IMG/VR virus record: IMGVR_UViG_3300035208_004923
Location: 256,001 to 320,000 of that record
DNA from: a virus
Taxonomy: Duplodnaviria > Caudoviricetes
Direction: 5' to 3' (one strand)
DNA length: 64,000 nucleotides
This document shows, one piece after another, positions 9,979 to 20,102 of this stretch. The notes beneath the pieces were generated by a model. That model was not told the DNA's origin. It searched no databases and was given only the letters and a program-made list of their open reading frames with translations. Position 1 is the first letter of the stretch; each line of letters starts with the position of its first letter. The position numbers and the translations under genes were made by a program.

Positions 9979-11328
9979 TTACAGTTTAGATGCAGCTAAT
10001 GTTGCAACAGCAGATCTTTCACCTTTTTCTAATGTGACATGAGCAAACATTGGTTCGCCTTTTAATTTTTCAATAACGTATGAAACGCCACAGCTGCTTT
10101 CTGATAAGAAAGGATTGTCGATTTGTTGAACATCACCCGTGAATACAATTTTACTTCCTTCACCAATTCTAGTGATAATTGTTTTCATTTCAAGCGGTGA
10201 TAAGTTTTGTGCTTCATCAACAATAAACAATACATTCGATAAACTTCTACCACGGATAAATGCCAAAGGTGTAACAACAATTTTATCTTTTAATGTAGTA
10301 TCATCAAATTTCTTTTGACCTTTTTTAACAGTGTAAGATTGCGTTTTGATGAATTTTAAGTTATCCCAAATTGGGTCCATGTATGGGCCAATTTTTGAAT
10401 CAACATCGCCTGGCAAGAAACCTAAATCTTTATTGTTTAAAGATACAATAGGTCTAGCAACATATATTTCATTAAAATCATCAATTTGTTCTAATGCAGC
10501 AGCTAATGCAATTAATGTTTTACCTGTACCTGCAGCACCTTGTATTGATACGATTTTGATTGAGTTATCTAAGATTGCATCCATTGCAAATATTTGTTCC
10601 GCATTTCTTGGCATAATATTTGCAGAACTTTTCTTTTCAACATGATGTAAACATTTATCAACAGTTGAATACGCAGCGATAACAGATTTCTTTCCGTTTT
10701 TAATAATGAAATATGTATTTGTTAAAATTTCACCTTCACCAGGAAAACCTTCAGATTCAGCAAATTCAGATAACGGAACACCATCAGTTTCAAGATACAA
10801 TTTATCAATAGCTTCGATAGGAGCGTTCTTTAATAAATATTTTCCAGTGAATCTTGTATCTGTATTACGAATAGAACCTGCAATATAATCTTCTGCTTGT
10901 AAGCTTAAAGATTTCGCTTTTACTCTCAAGTTAACATCTTTTGATACTAAGATAACATCTGCATCTGGGTATTTTTCTTGTTGCATTAAAGCAACATCTA
11001 GAATTCTATGGTCTGGTTTATTTTCGTGAAAAATCTTAACTGCACTATTTTCTGGTGTATCTCGTAAATACGAAACTTTTATTTTTCCCGCACCTGGCTC
11101 ATCAATGTCAACCCATGTATTTAATCCATCTTTTGTTGATAACTTATCAATTACTCTGGTAAATTCTCTTGCCTCATAATTGATAGGCTCATTACCTTTT
11201 TTGAAATTATCTAGTTCTTCAAGAACAGCGATTGGAATTACCACGTCATGTTCTGCAAATTTTTTGTATGCAGCGTGGTCGTGCAAGATGACACAAGTGT
11301 CTAGTACGAAAATTTTTCTTTTTTCCAT
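9979..11328 (-). CDS. phoH: PIN-PhoH ATPase (PhoH2/YlaK-like)
   Basis: PIN VLDTCVILHD..VLEELD; Walker A GAAGTGKT; LGFLPG, FIRGRSL, IVDEAQN, GDVQQID. Confidence 0.92.
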   Translation of the reverse strand: MEKRKIFVLDTCVILHDHAAYKKFAEHDVVIPIAVLEELDNFKKGNEPINYEAREFTRVIDKLSTKDGLNTWVDIDEPGAGKIKVSYLRDTPENSAVKIFHENKPDHRILDVALMQQEKYPDADVILVSKDVNLRVKAKSLSLQAEDYIAGSIRNTDTRFTGKYLLKNAPIEAIDKLYLETDGVPLSEFAESEGFPGEGEILTNTYFIIKNGKKSVIAAYSTVDKCLHHVEKKSSANIMPRNAEQIFAMDAILDNSIKIVSIQGAAGTGKTLIALAAALEQIDDFNEIYVARPIVSLNNKDLGFLPGDVDSKIGPYMDPIWDNLKFIKTQSYTVKKGQKKFDDTTLKDKIVVTPLAFIRGRSLSNVLFIVDEAQNLSPLEMKTIITRIGEGSKIVFTGDVQQIDNPFLSESSCGVSYVIEKLKGEPMFAHVTLEKGERSAVATLAASKL

Positions 11329-11344
11329 ATATGTAATTGTTTGT

Positions 11345-11902
11345 TTAAATGTTGATGAATTCTTTTTCTCCAGTTGTATGACTGTAAGTATACACTTCTG
11401 GATTAAATTGTTTTGGTTCAGTTAATTCTTTTGCGTATTTTTTACCACAACCTGGTTTTAAATATGCAATTGTTATGTGTGGGTGGTAATCAGGAAAATC
11501 TGATGTATATTCAAAGTTTTCACATATTTCTTTGTTAAGCTTAAATAAATTATCGCCTTGTATGTCGTACTTTAATACATCATATTTTGGATTTTCAAAA
11601 ATGCTAATAGCATCCGAACTTAATTCAATTGTTGATAAAGATGGCAGCATACTTTTTAACTTTTCCATGTCTGTATCTGCGTGTAAGCCGTAAAGTACAG
11701 TTACGTGTGGCTCTGTTTCAAATCCGTAATCTTCCTCTTCGGTATACAAATCATTGGCATCAACCAATGTATGAATAAAATTGTCCCATCCGTCGGTATT
11801 TACATTTACCATTAGACAACTATAATCGTATACTTGTTTTGATGCCTCATTAATTTGTTTTTGTTCAACAAATTCGTTTAATGTTATGATTCTTTGTTTC
11901 AT
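11345..11902 (-). CDS. 2H phosphodiesterase (T4 gp57B/Acb1-like) carrying the leader peptide
   Basis: Two HxT motifs (EPHVTVLYG, YHPHITIAY); N-terminus MKQRIITLNEFVEQKQINEA. Confidence 0.8.
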   Translation of the reverse strand: MKQRIITLNEFVEQKQINEASKQVYDYSCLMVNVNTDGWDNFIHTLVDANDLYTEEEDYGFETEPHVTVLYGLHADTDMEKLKSMLPSLSTIELSSDAISIFENPKYDVLKYDIQGDNLFKLNKEICENFEYTSDFPDYHPHITIAYLKPGCGKKYAKELTEPKQFNPEVYTYSHTTGEKEFINI

Positions 11903-11908
11903 ATGTAT

Positions 11909-12166
11909 TTATTTTAAAAAACTTCTAAGTCGTGGGTAAGTAGATAAGTTAAATCTTTCGTTTTTGAGCCATTCAATAAATTTGGATTTGTTATCAATAT
12001 TTTCGATGTCAATTTCATCATCGTATTCATTTGATTTTTTTGCAGATACGCCAATATCGCGTAATGTTTTTATGGTTTCCTCAGTGTCCTTTACTTGTAA
12101 TGAATCAATCATTCCATTTGATTTGCGGAGAGGGAAATCGGTTATAGATGATAATCTATTTTCCAT
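11909..12166 (-). CDS. Hypothetical protein with possibly degenerate leader
   Basis: MENRLSSITDF; late-type motif at ~12200. Confidence 0.45.
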   Translation of the reverse strand: MENRLSSITDFPLRKSNGMIDSLQVKDTEETIKTLRDIGVSAKKSNEYDDEIDIENIDNKSKFIEWLKNERFNLSTYPRLRSFLK

Positions 12167-12848
12167 AGCAACTTGTTTTTTTAATGTTTGTTTGTATTTT
12201 ATATATTCATTAAATCTGAAGCATGATGAATATCATAAAAACAAATGCTATATTGAATTTCTTTCCTGTATGATAATTTTGTAACAGCCTTCACCGCATT
12301 CTCGTTTTACTCTATCTGTTACTTGTTTATCATCTGCACATACTATAAGTGATTTCTTATCTTTTGCAACCAAGATTGGCATAAATGGCTTTCCGAAATA
12401 CATGTTAATTTCATCAGCCAAATCATACATTGATTTTTTTATTTCAACCTTTTCTGTTACAAATGTTTCTTCACTCGTGTAATCTAATGTTATAAATTCT
12501 TCTTCCATTTTGTTTCTTTTAATGAACTTTTATTTTTTGAATATACAACTACAATATCCATCTATTTGTTAACGATACGATCTTTAGATATCGTTTAATG
12601 AATGGATATTATTCAGTTGCTGTTTTTGCTTTTTCTTCCATCATTTCTTTCATGATGTAGTAAATATCGTATAAAACATTCACTTGTAAATAACTATCAG
12701 TATTTTGTGGTGCTACATTTAAAAACTTTATTGTAGGTATCTGTTCTTTTTCGATTACTTTTGAATTATTCACTAGATCATAAAACTTTTTGAATTTTTC
12801 TAGTTCATATTCTTGAATCCATATAGTTACTGTCATATACATAATTTA

Positions 12849-13637
12849 TTAGATTAAAGGTTTTGCTGTTCTTGGTTTTGCTTGTTTTGCTTCGTTTTCT
12901 TCTTCAGTAACAACGCCATGTACTAAGTCAAGATCGTTTCTGAAATAGAATCCACGTGTTTCGCGTGTACCTATGTCTGACTGACATGCCGCTTGACCGC
13001 ATAATGTTTCATTGCACATAAATGGATGATGCTTCTTATGAAATTTTGATACACTTGAACAAAGAAATTCGTCAATGTGTTTATATTCATTTGCTGCCTT
13101 TTCACCCCACTTTATAAATTCATCATACAATTGTTCTTGTATTCCCCATGCACCTAACGCATGTATAAATTCGATTCTGTACGAATGCAAACTGTAACGT
13201 TCAGACCATTTGCCTTTTTGTTGATGTGCAGCCAAACGGCCACCTGCTAAAAACAAAAATCCCCAATCGTCAGGTAATTCATTTAGATATGTTTCAACTT
13301 TTTCATTAAAATTATCAAGAAATTCAACATCATCCTCGAATACTAAAATTTGTTTATAGCCTCTACGTTTTGCTTCCTTTACAACATTTGTCATACTAGT
13401 TGCACAACCTTTTCTGCCGAACGGCAATTGCGCCTCTAACTTTTGACGAGTCGTAAATCCTTCCATGGAATTTGTTTTTTGCCATTCAGCAAATTCGATA
13501 TTGCCATCATGCGCTTCAAAGAACTCAAAGTTTATTCCGTGCAAATCCATTTCTTTTTGACAATGTTCAGCCCTATCTGGACGTCTTTTCAAATTAACAA
13601 CGAATACGTTGTTGAAAAATTTGTTTATGTAATGCAT
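12849..13637 (-). CDS. Glycosyltransferase family 25
   Basis: FVVNLKRRPDR, FFEAHDG, GC..S, ILVFEDD. Confidence 0.88.
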   Translation of the reverse strand: MHYINKFFNNVFVVNLKRRPDRAEHCQKEMDLHGINFEFFEAHDGNIEFAEWQKTNSMEGFTTRQKLEAQLPFGRKGCATSMTNVVKEAKRRGYKQILVFEDDVEFLDNFNEKVETYLNELPDDWGFLFLAGGRLAAHQQKGKWSERYSLHSYRIEFIHALGAWGIQEQLYDEFIKWGEKAANEYKHIDEFLCSSVSKFHKKHHPFMCNETLCGQAACQSDIGTRETRGFYFRNDLDLVHGVVTEEENEAKQAKPRTAKPLI

Positions 13638-13638
13638 A

Positions 13639-15098
13639 TTATTGAAATTTTTGTTTTACGATTTCTTTCCAATTTTCTTTATATTCGTCAATCTTAAAGT
13701 GATTCCATAACTCTTTTAAGATTGCTTGTCTTTCTTCTTCGTGTTCATTAAAGTATTTAACACGTTCTTCGATATCTTTATGATTTGAAACAACAATCTT
13801 ATCCTGTATGCTTTTTGGTATTCCAATAAATTCAGGATCATACTCGCAAGTTATTAATGGCAGTATTCCCAGATATGTATAAAAAACAGGTCTTGGGTTT
13901 AATGAGTCACTAAAAGATACGCATTTCAAAACAATGCCATATTTGTATTCTGCCAATGTTTTCCGAACATCTTTCGTGTACATATGGCCTTTGTGCATCG
14001 GATGCTTTTTAATTTGTTCAACAAGTTCACCAAATAATTCGTTTGCTTTTGTTGCTGCAGACTGTCCGTAATGACTATTTACTTGTTTTTCTGTCATGAA
14101 CAAACCGTTTGCTTTTATAGGAATCCACATTGAACTATTTGTAAGATTCAAATCTTTAAAGTATTTATCCCACATATCTTTTCGATGTCCTTTTGAATGC
14201 AGTATAGTTCCTACATAAAATAAATCTTTTGTTTTAGTAGTATCAACATTTCCAAATACGTTTTCCTCGTGTGTAATATGTTGCAAATGAGCAATTGGAA
14301 ATTCCTCGAATTTTCGAGTACCGCGATTATCATCAGCAAAATAAAACCGTTTTTGTGGAATTCCATAGTAATCGAAAATTTCCAAAAAAGCTGCAGGGTC
14401 AACACTAAAACTGTAAAGACATTTCAACGGTTTTTTATCATGAAAGTATTTCACAACATTGATGAACATGTTTTTTGTGTACATTGAGAATGCAAGCAAA
14501 GAAACTCTATTATCATAATTAGAACAAACTTGTTCAATTGCTTTTTTTCTTAAATCAATTTCAGATGTATTGTTTCCTACATAATCATGAAATTCATTTT
14601 GTAAGTATTGCAAATTACCAGTTGGGTCAAGTTCTTTCGATATATATGAAGTTAACGGCAATATGTAATAAATATCATTTGCGAATAAAATTCTGTCTAA
14701 AGTAAATGGGAATGAATTATCAAATTCTCTAGTAAGAATTTTAAGATTGTGTACTGCATTATCTTTATTCTCTGCTTTTCTTTTGAATTCTTTACCGTTT
14801 ATTTGTTTATATCTTGTAAGATTATACGTATAAAAATTTGACATTCCATTAGGAATTGTTTTATCAGATTCTTCACCGATAAAAACAAGATTATACATTT
14901 CAGATAAAACTGTTACGATTTCTCGAACAAATCCGAAGTTAATGTTAAAATCGGATAGCATAAAACTATTTTTAGTTATAATACCTAATGTTTCTTTTGA
15001 AGGATCTAACGGTTTAGGATTCGCGCATACAAATAATTTTAATGTATTTTTTTTTTTTCTTCTGGTTCTGGTGCGTCAAATAAACTTTTGCTTTTCAT
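13639..15098 (-). CDS. GT-B glycosyltransferase-like protein; probable true start at 15098 is out of frame across an A12 tract (in-frame ORF 13639..14961)
   Basis: DLFYVGT, SLNPRPVFY..LGILPL, DIEERVKYF. The frame is open upstream of 14961 to the A12 run at 15047-15058, and an ATG at 15098 follows a promoter motif. Confidence 0.55.
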
Positions 15099-15133
15099 AT
15101 AATTGAAATGATGAATCTATTAAATTTGTTTAT

Positions 15134-15159
15134 TATATACATTAATGATGTTTAGTTTT
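15134..15159 (-). promoter_or_regulatory. Class II (putative middle) promoter AAACT-N12-TGTATA, representative of ~14 copies
   Basis: Fixed 12-nt spacer at ~5451, 8061, 15134, 16882(+), 22699, 29925, 35751, 36818, 42781, 43476, 45053, 47305, 55871, 63308. Confidence 0.8.
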
Positions 15160-15210
15160 AAAAAGAAAGCATAAAAAAACCTGGAACTTTAAGAATTCCA
15201 GGTTTCAATA

Positions 15211-15711
15211 TTACTTCATTATGTTTACAAACTTTCTGAAAAGTTTTTCTAATAAATCACCTGTTACTCTAACGTCTAATTTGTTTTGTTTATACGTAAC
15301 TGTTTCTCTTTCGTAATCAGTATTTTTGAAACTCCAAGCAGAAGGCGCAGTTGAACCCATTGCTTTTGCAAATCCTTCGATATCTTGAGGTTTAGCACGT
15401 GTAACAGTTAATGTTACTTGTTTGTTTTCAAAAATTTCAGAATCAATACCTACGTATATTCCTCTTTCAGATACACCAGAAATTGAATATGCGTCAAGAT
15501 CTTGATATACTTCTAAATCAAATTCATTAAATAAATTTGTAATAGTAACCCATAAAGCAACTTCTCTATCTGTTGGTTCTAATGGTTCATCTTCATTAAC
15601 TTCATTGAAGTTTTTTGCAACTTTTTGTGCATTCCAATTAAATGTTTTTCCTTCGTTTAATTGTTTTGATTCATTGATGTATTCATCAAGTGTTGGTACT
15701 CTGTTTGCCAT
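15211..15711 (-). CDS. Leader-family protein
   Basis: MANRVPTLDEYINESKQLNEG. Confidence 0.7.
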   Translation of the reverse strand: MANRVPTLDEYINESKQLNEGKTFNWNAQKVAKNFNEVNEDEPLEPTDREVALWVTITNLFNEFDLEVYQDLDAYSISGVSERGIYVGIDSEIFENKQVTLTVTRAKPQDIEGFAKAMGSTAPSAWSFKNTDYERETVTYKQNKLDVRVTGDLLEKLFRKFVNIMK

Positions 15712-15715
15712 GTTT

Positions 15716-16837
15716 TTATTTATTTATTTTATCTAATTCTGTTTTTGTTTCTTTCATTTTCTTTTGCATGTCTTTCATATCATCTAAAGACTTCGAAGAT
15801 TCTAGTTTTAATTTATTTATTTTCGTATCAATTGAATTTTTATCTGTAGCAGTTTCTTTTTCTTTTTCTAATTCTGCTATCTTACTATCAATACCTTGTT
15901 TATACTTCATTTCATCTTCAATATTCTTGCTGAAATCTTTAATCGTTGATTCCAATTCGGCAATTTTATCTGCTTTTTTTGTTTCTGCTGGATTAGCATC
16001 AGCAGGTTTAGCATCAGCAGGTTTAGCATCAGCAGGTTTAGTGTCAGCAGGTTTAGCATTCGCTTTCTTTTTGCCAACGATAACAGTTTTTCCTTGTTTA
16101 TCTTGTAGTGATATTACGTCGTAATCGCCTGAATCAATTTGTTCTTTAGAAACAGGAACAAATCCATTTTCTTTAGCAGCTGCAACTTTATCTACTTTAG
16201 ATTCTTCTTTTTGTTGTGCTGCTAATGTTTCGTCAGCTTTCTTTGCTTGATTTTGCAAATTTTTGTATGTATTTTCAAGGTCGCTATATTCTGAATCGCT
16301 ATACATACCTTTTGCAACTGTTCGTACTTTAGTAAGTGCTGCTAATTTTGCTTTTGTTTTATACATGCCTAACACATTATCAACGCCGTATCGTTTTGCA
16401 ATTTCTTCCATACGATCTTCGATTGCTGATACTGCATCACCGTCTGCAGTGACTTTTATTTTTTGTGCTTCTGTTGCATGATTTCGTTGGTCCTGGTCCA
16501 TTTTCTCCCATCTTGGAGTTTTCTTTAATTTCATTAATTCAATTGGCGCCATTTTCCATGCAAGATACGCATTTGCATATTTCTTTACATTATTTTTCAA
16601 TTTTGTTTTGCCAATCATTCTCATAAAAAAGTTGGAACCACCTTCAGCCTCATTTAAAGGTAAAAACATTTCGTCTGCAATATTTGAAATTTCGCATTCT
16701 GTTATAAATTCTTCAATATTGTTGTCCCATACGAATGCATTATACTGTTCGTTAATCGACCCTAATAATTCGCTTTCTTTTATAAAAACGTTAGCTATAA
16801 ATAATTCCTTACCTTTTGTGTAATCAGTATATTTCAT
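15716..16837 (-). CDS. Coiled-coil protein with KPAD repeats, putative virion/core protein
   Basis: AKPADTKPADAKPADAKPADANPAE (15-nt repeats at ~15985-16060); SINE and PLNEA sites; late-type motif upstream. Confidence 0.5.
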   Translation of the reverse strand: MKYTDYTKGKELFIANVFIKESELLGSINEQYNAFVWDNNIEEFITECEISNIADEMFLPLNEAEGGSNFFMRMIGKTKLKNNVKKYANAYLAWKMAPIELMKLKKTPRWEKMDQDQRNHATEAQKIKVTADGDAVSAIEDRMEEIAKRYGVDNVLGMYKTKAKLAALTKVRTVAKGMYSDSEYSDLENTYKNLQNQAKKADETLAAQQKEESKVDKVAAAKENGFVPVSKEQIDSGDYDVISLQDKQGKTVIVGKKKANAKPADTKPADAKPADAKPADANPAETKKADKIAELESTIKDFSKNIEDEMKYKQGIDSKIAELEKEKETATDKNSIDTKINKLKLESSKSLDDMKDMQKKMKETKTELDKINK

Positions 16838-16937
16838 TGAAACTTTATTTTATTATATATTCATAAATATAATTAAGTTTTAAACTTTTTACCTTTTATG
16901 TATATAAATTATACAAAAATATACTTAAAAGAAACAT

Positions 16938-17540
16938 ATGATTTACTTTACATCAGACACACACTTCGGTGATGACCGTTTAAATTTGTACGGCAGAGAT
17001 CTTGTTTGTAAAACATCAGAGGAAATGGATAACTTAATCATCGACAATTGGAATTCAATTGTTACTGATGATGATACAGTTTATCATTTAGGTGATGTTG
17101 CAATGAACGAAGAATCTTTAAAACAAGTTTTAAAACTTAACGGAAAAAAGATTTTAATCAAAGGAAACTATGATGATAAAATTGCAGATGAAGTTCTTTT
17201 GCAATATTTTTCAGCAGTTCATAAGAATCTTGTTGTTGAACATGGCGCAAAATCAATTCCCCAAAAATTACTTTTCTTAAATCATTATCCAACAAAGGCA
17301 GATGATATGATGTTCAATATAGTTGGACATATTCATGGCTTATGGAAAGTACAAAGAAATACAATAAACGTTGGTTGTGACGCTTGGCACTTTAAACCTA
17401 TTTCAATGGATTTAGTTTTATTTAGTATAAATGGCATTAACAAATTTTATGACCAAAATGTATTTGCTGGCGAAATAATTGCAAATTTAAAATATGCACC
17501 TAAAGAATCTCTAGAATCTATTAAAACATTAATATCATGA
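16938..17540 (+). CDS. Calcineurin-like metallophosphoesterase
   Basis: SDTHFG, HLGD, KGNYD, GHIH, NVGCD. Confidence 0.9.
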   Translation: MIYFTSDTHFGDDRLNLYGRDLVCKTSEEMDNLIIDNWNSIVTDDDTVYHLGDVAMNEESLKQVLKLNGKKILIKGNYDDKIADEVLLQYFSAVHKNLVVEHGAKSIPQKLLFLNHYPTKADDMMFNIVGHIHGLWKVQRNTINVGCDAWHFKPISMDLVLFSINGINKFYDQNVFAGEIIANLKYAPKESLESIKTLIS

Positions 17541-18067
17541 AAGTAATTCGACCACTTGACGAAACAACAAACAAACCTACTATATTTTTAGCAGGTCCTA
17601 TCCAATCTGCACCAGATTGGCATTCAGTTGCAATTAAAAATTTTGAACAACTACATGAATACGTATCTAATGTAGAATTCGATATTGCATCACCAAAAAT
17701 GCTAAATAAACCCGAAGAATTTTATTACGATAAACAGGTTGCGTGGGAAAGTAAAAATTTAGCAAATGCTGCAGCTGGCGGCGTTATTTTGTTTTGGTTA
17801 GCAAATCCTATTCCAGAAGAACTTGACCCAAGTAGAAGTTACGCACAAACAACAAGGTTTGAAATTGCTGAATGGTTTGGAAAAGCAAATTACAATAAAG
17901 GAATCAAATTGGCAATTGGTGCTGAACCTGGTTTTCACGGAGTTCGTTATATAAAACAACGTTTTGCTGATGATTTAGGTATTCCGGTTTTCGATAATTT
18001 GAAAGATACTTGCATACATGCAATTAAATTATTAAATGAAAACTATCCGGGCGATTTGATATTTTAA
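17537..18067 (+). CDS. Nucleoside 2-deoxyribosyltransferase-like protein
   Basis: IFLAGPI..W, QVAWE, ILFW, TTRFE. Confidence 0.75.
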   Translation: MKVIRPLDETTNKPTIFLAGPIQSAPDWHSVAIKNFEQLHEYVSNVEFDIASPKMLNKPEEFYYDKQVAWESKNLANAAAGGVILFWLANPIPEELDPSRSYAQTTRFEIAEWFGKANYNKGIKLAIGAEPGFHGVRYIKQRFADDLGIPVFDNLKDTCIHAIKLLNENYPGDLIF

Positions 18068-18070
18068 AAC

Positions 18071-18112
18071 AAAAAAAAGGGAACTTAAATTAATTTAAGT
18101 TCCCTTTTTTTA
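18071..18112. terminator. Bidirectional terminator
   Basis: aaaaaaaagggaacttaaat-ta-atttaagttccctttttttt. Confidence 0.85.
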
Positions 18113-18126
18113 TGCGTTTATTTTAA

Positions 18127-18393
18127 TTAACTAACTCGTAAACCTTCTGCTTTTTTCTGTTCAATAAAAGCATTCATTTCTTCTTCAGTATCAAATAATT
18201 CAGCAGTAATATATCCGTATGATGGATTTTCAGCAGTTTTAATATCTTTTGCTGACATTTGTCCACGAACCATGTAATATGGATTTTTAAGTTGTGGATT
18301 ATCTCTTCGCAAAACAACAAACTTTTGTTTTGCTTTTGCTTCGTTTATGTTTTCATTAATGAAAACGTCTAATGTAGGTATTCTCTTTTCCAT
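18127..18393 (-). CDS. Leader-family small protein
   Basis: MEKRIPTLDVFINENINEA. Confidence 0.7.
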   Translation of the reverse strand: MEKRIPTLDVFINENINEAKAKQKFVVLRRDNPQLKNPYYMVRGQMSAKDIKTAENPSYGYITAELFDTEEEMNAFIEQKKAEGLRVS

Positions 18394-18402
18394 CGTTTAT
18401 TT

Positions 18403-18651
18403 TTATTTTAACCCTCGTCTTTCAACTTCTAGTTTAACAAGATTTCTTTGAAAGTCAAGTGGCGTATTCGGTATAGGATTATCTTTTGAATTATACCATA
18501 TCATTAAAGTTTCATCACTTAACTTTCTTATTTGTGTTTTGTATTCGGCTGGTGTCCAATCATCACCAAGCCATCCTAACGAACGAAGTATTTTTGTTAA
18601 ATTTGAAGATTCGTTAATGAATTCATCAAACTTCGGTATTCTCTTTTCCAT
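18403..18651 (-). CDS. Leader-family small protein
   Basis: MEKRIPKFDEFINES. Confidence 0.7.
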   Translation of the reverse strand: MEKRIPKFDEFINESSNLTKILRSLGWLGDDWTPAEYKTQIRKLSDETLMIWYNSKDNPIPNTPLDFQRNLVKLEVERRGLK

Positions 18652-19814
18652 TATTCGCCTTTATCTTTTTTAATTGCGGCTGCAACTGTATGAACTGCAG
18701 TTTCTGCTATTGTTGTTAAAAATAATCCTTTAGATACTAATTCCAAAGTATGTAATATCCATCCAATTCCTGGTATCAATACAATGATACTTGCAGCAAT
18801 TGCTGTTTCTCCTAAATGTTCAATCATGCCAGCAACACCATGTTCTAAAACATAGCCGGCAAGAATTCCAAACAATGTTCCCATAAACACAAATTCAAAT
18901 GGTCCTGGCGCGCCAATATATTTTGTTAACATTTGAGATGCCTTTTCAAACGCGTTGTTTGCATTTTTTGCAACAAATGCTTCAGCATGATGCATCCAAG
19001 TAAACGGAGGGAATTTTGTTAATTTTTTTGCAATTGATGATACTAATGGCAAATGAATTGTTCCATGCCCGTCAGATTCAAATACGTCATATCCTTCAGT
19101 AATCAATTCAGCCATTGATAAGTATACAGCTTTTTCCATTATGTATTCAATTGATTCATTTGTTTTTGTTGCTGCTGTAATTCCTTGTGTCATTGTTTTT
19201 GCAGCATCACCTGTAAAATATTGAATCGTATGTTTACACATTGCTCCAAGATTCTTTATTTCTTCTGATGTTTTATCAACACCATGTTTATGAATTTTTG
19301 GAGTTGCTGATTCAATAATTTTATCCTTCAATGGCGCATATTTAGATTGCGTTTGGTTATAAATCCATGCCCATGCTTTCTTTAAAAATGTTGCAATTGT
19401 ATTTGAAATAACTTTAACTAATCCAGTAATATCTGAACCTATTTTAATAAGTACTTCTTGTGTTTTCGATAACGCAGATTTTCCTTTTTCTTTTGCAGTT
19501 TCAATTGCTGCAGCTGCTTTATCTTTCCATTTTTGCGCTAAACTTTCGCCAGCTTCATTAATTGATAAACACCATTCATAAACAGCGTTTTCATTTAACG
19601 TTCCTTCAAATAAATCGTTTGTTCCGTTATTTTCTTTAATAATAACAAGTACAGATTTTTCAAGTTCGTTTAGGATTATTGACTTTTCTGACAACAAAGA
19701 TTCGATTAATTTTTCTTTGTGGTCTATTTGAATGAATTTATCATAATCTTTTTGAATTGCAATAAACGCATTCTCGTTTACATATTCGTTTAATGTAGGT
19801 ATTCTATGTTTCAT
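18651..19814 (-). CDS. Leader-family protein with C-terminal hydrophobic helices
   Basis: MKHRIPTLNEYVNEN; hydrophobic FVFMGTLFGILAGYVL and IAASIIVLIPGIGWIL. Confidence 0.7.
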   Translation of the reverse strand: MKHRIPTLNEYVNENAFIAIQKDYDKFIQIDHKEKLIESLLSEKSIILNELEKSVLVIIKENNGTNDLFEGTLNENAVYEWCLSINEAGESLAQKWKDKAAAAIETAKEKGKSALSKTQEVLIKIGSDITGLVKVISNTIATFLKKAWAWIYNQTQSKYAPLKDKIIESATPKIHKHGVDKTSEEIKNLGAMCKHTIQYFTGDAAKTMTQGITAATKTNESIEYIMEKAVYLSMAELITEGYDVFESDGHGTIHLPLVSSIAKKLTKFPPFTWMHHAEAFVAKNANNAFEKASQMLTKYIGAPGPFEFVFMGTLFGILAGYVLEHGVAGMIEHLGETAIAASIIVLIPGIGWILHTLELVSKGLFLTTIAETAVHTVAAAIKKDKGE

Positions 19815-19818
19815 ATTT

Positions 19819-20097
19819 TTAATTTCTCTTTTTTAATTTATTTAAAAGATTCTTTGGAATAAACGTCAAATCTGTATCTTCTTCAAACGAAACAAGCCAT
19901 TCGCTATAACTAATGTCTATGACGTCATCACGGTGCTTAGGATCTTTGATTATTTTTAAAAGTTCTTCCCATTCTTTATGTGCAGCAGAACTAGATTTAT
20001 CACCTTCAAATTCATAATCATCTGAATTCATAAAACTTAAAGGATGTGCAATATATTCGTTGACGAATTCATCAAGTGTCGGTATTCTTTTTTTCAT
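19819..20097 (-). CDS. Leader-family small protein
   Basis: MKKRIPTLDEFVNEY (second Met of the ORF track call). Confidence 0.7.
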   Translation of the reverse strand: MKKRIPTLDEFVNEYIAHPLSFMNSDDYEFEGDKSSSAAHKEWEELLKIIKDPKHRDDVIDISYSEWLVSFEEDTDLTFIPKNLLNKLKKRN

Positions 20098-20102
20098 ATG
20101 CA

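Noticed and set aside
15985-16060. 15-nt tandem repeat as a regulatory array
   Set aside because: It is an in-frame coding repeat (KPADA linker)
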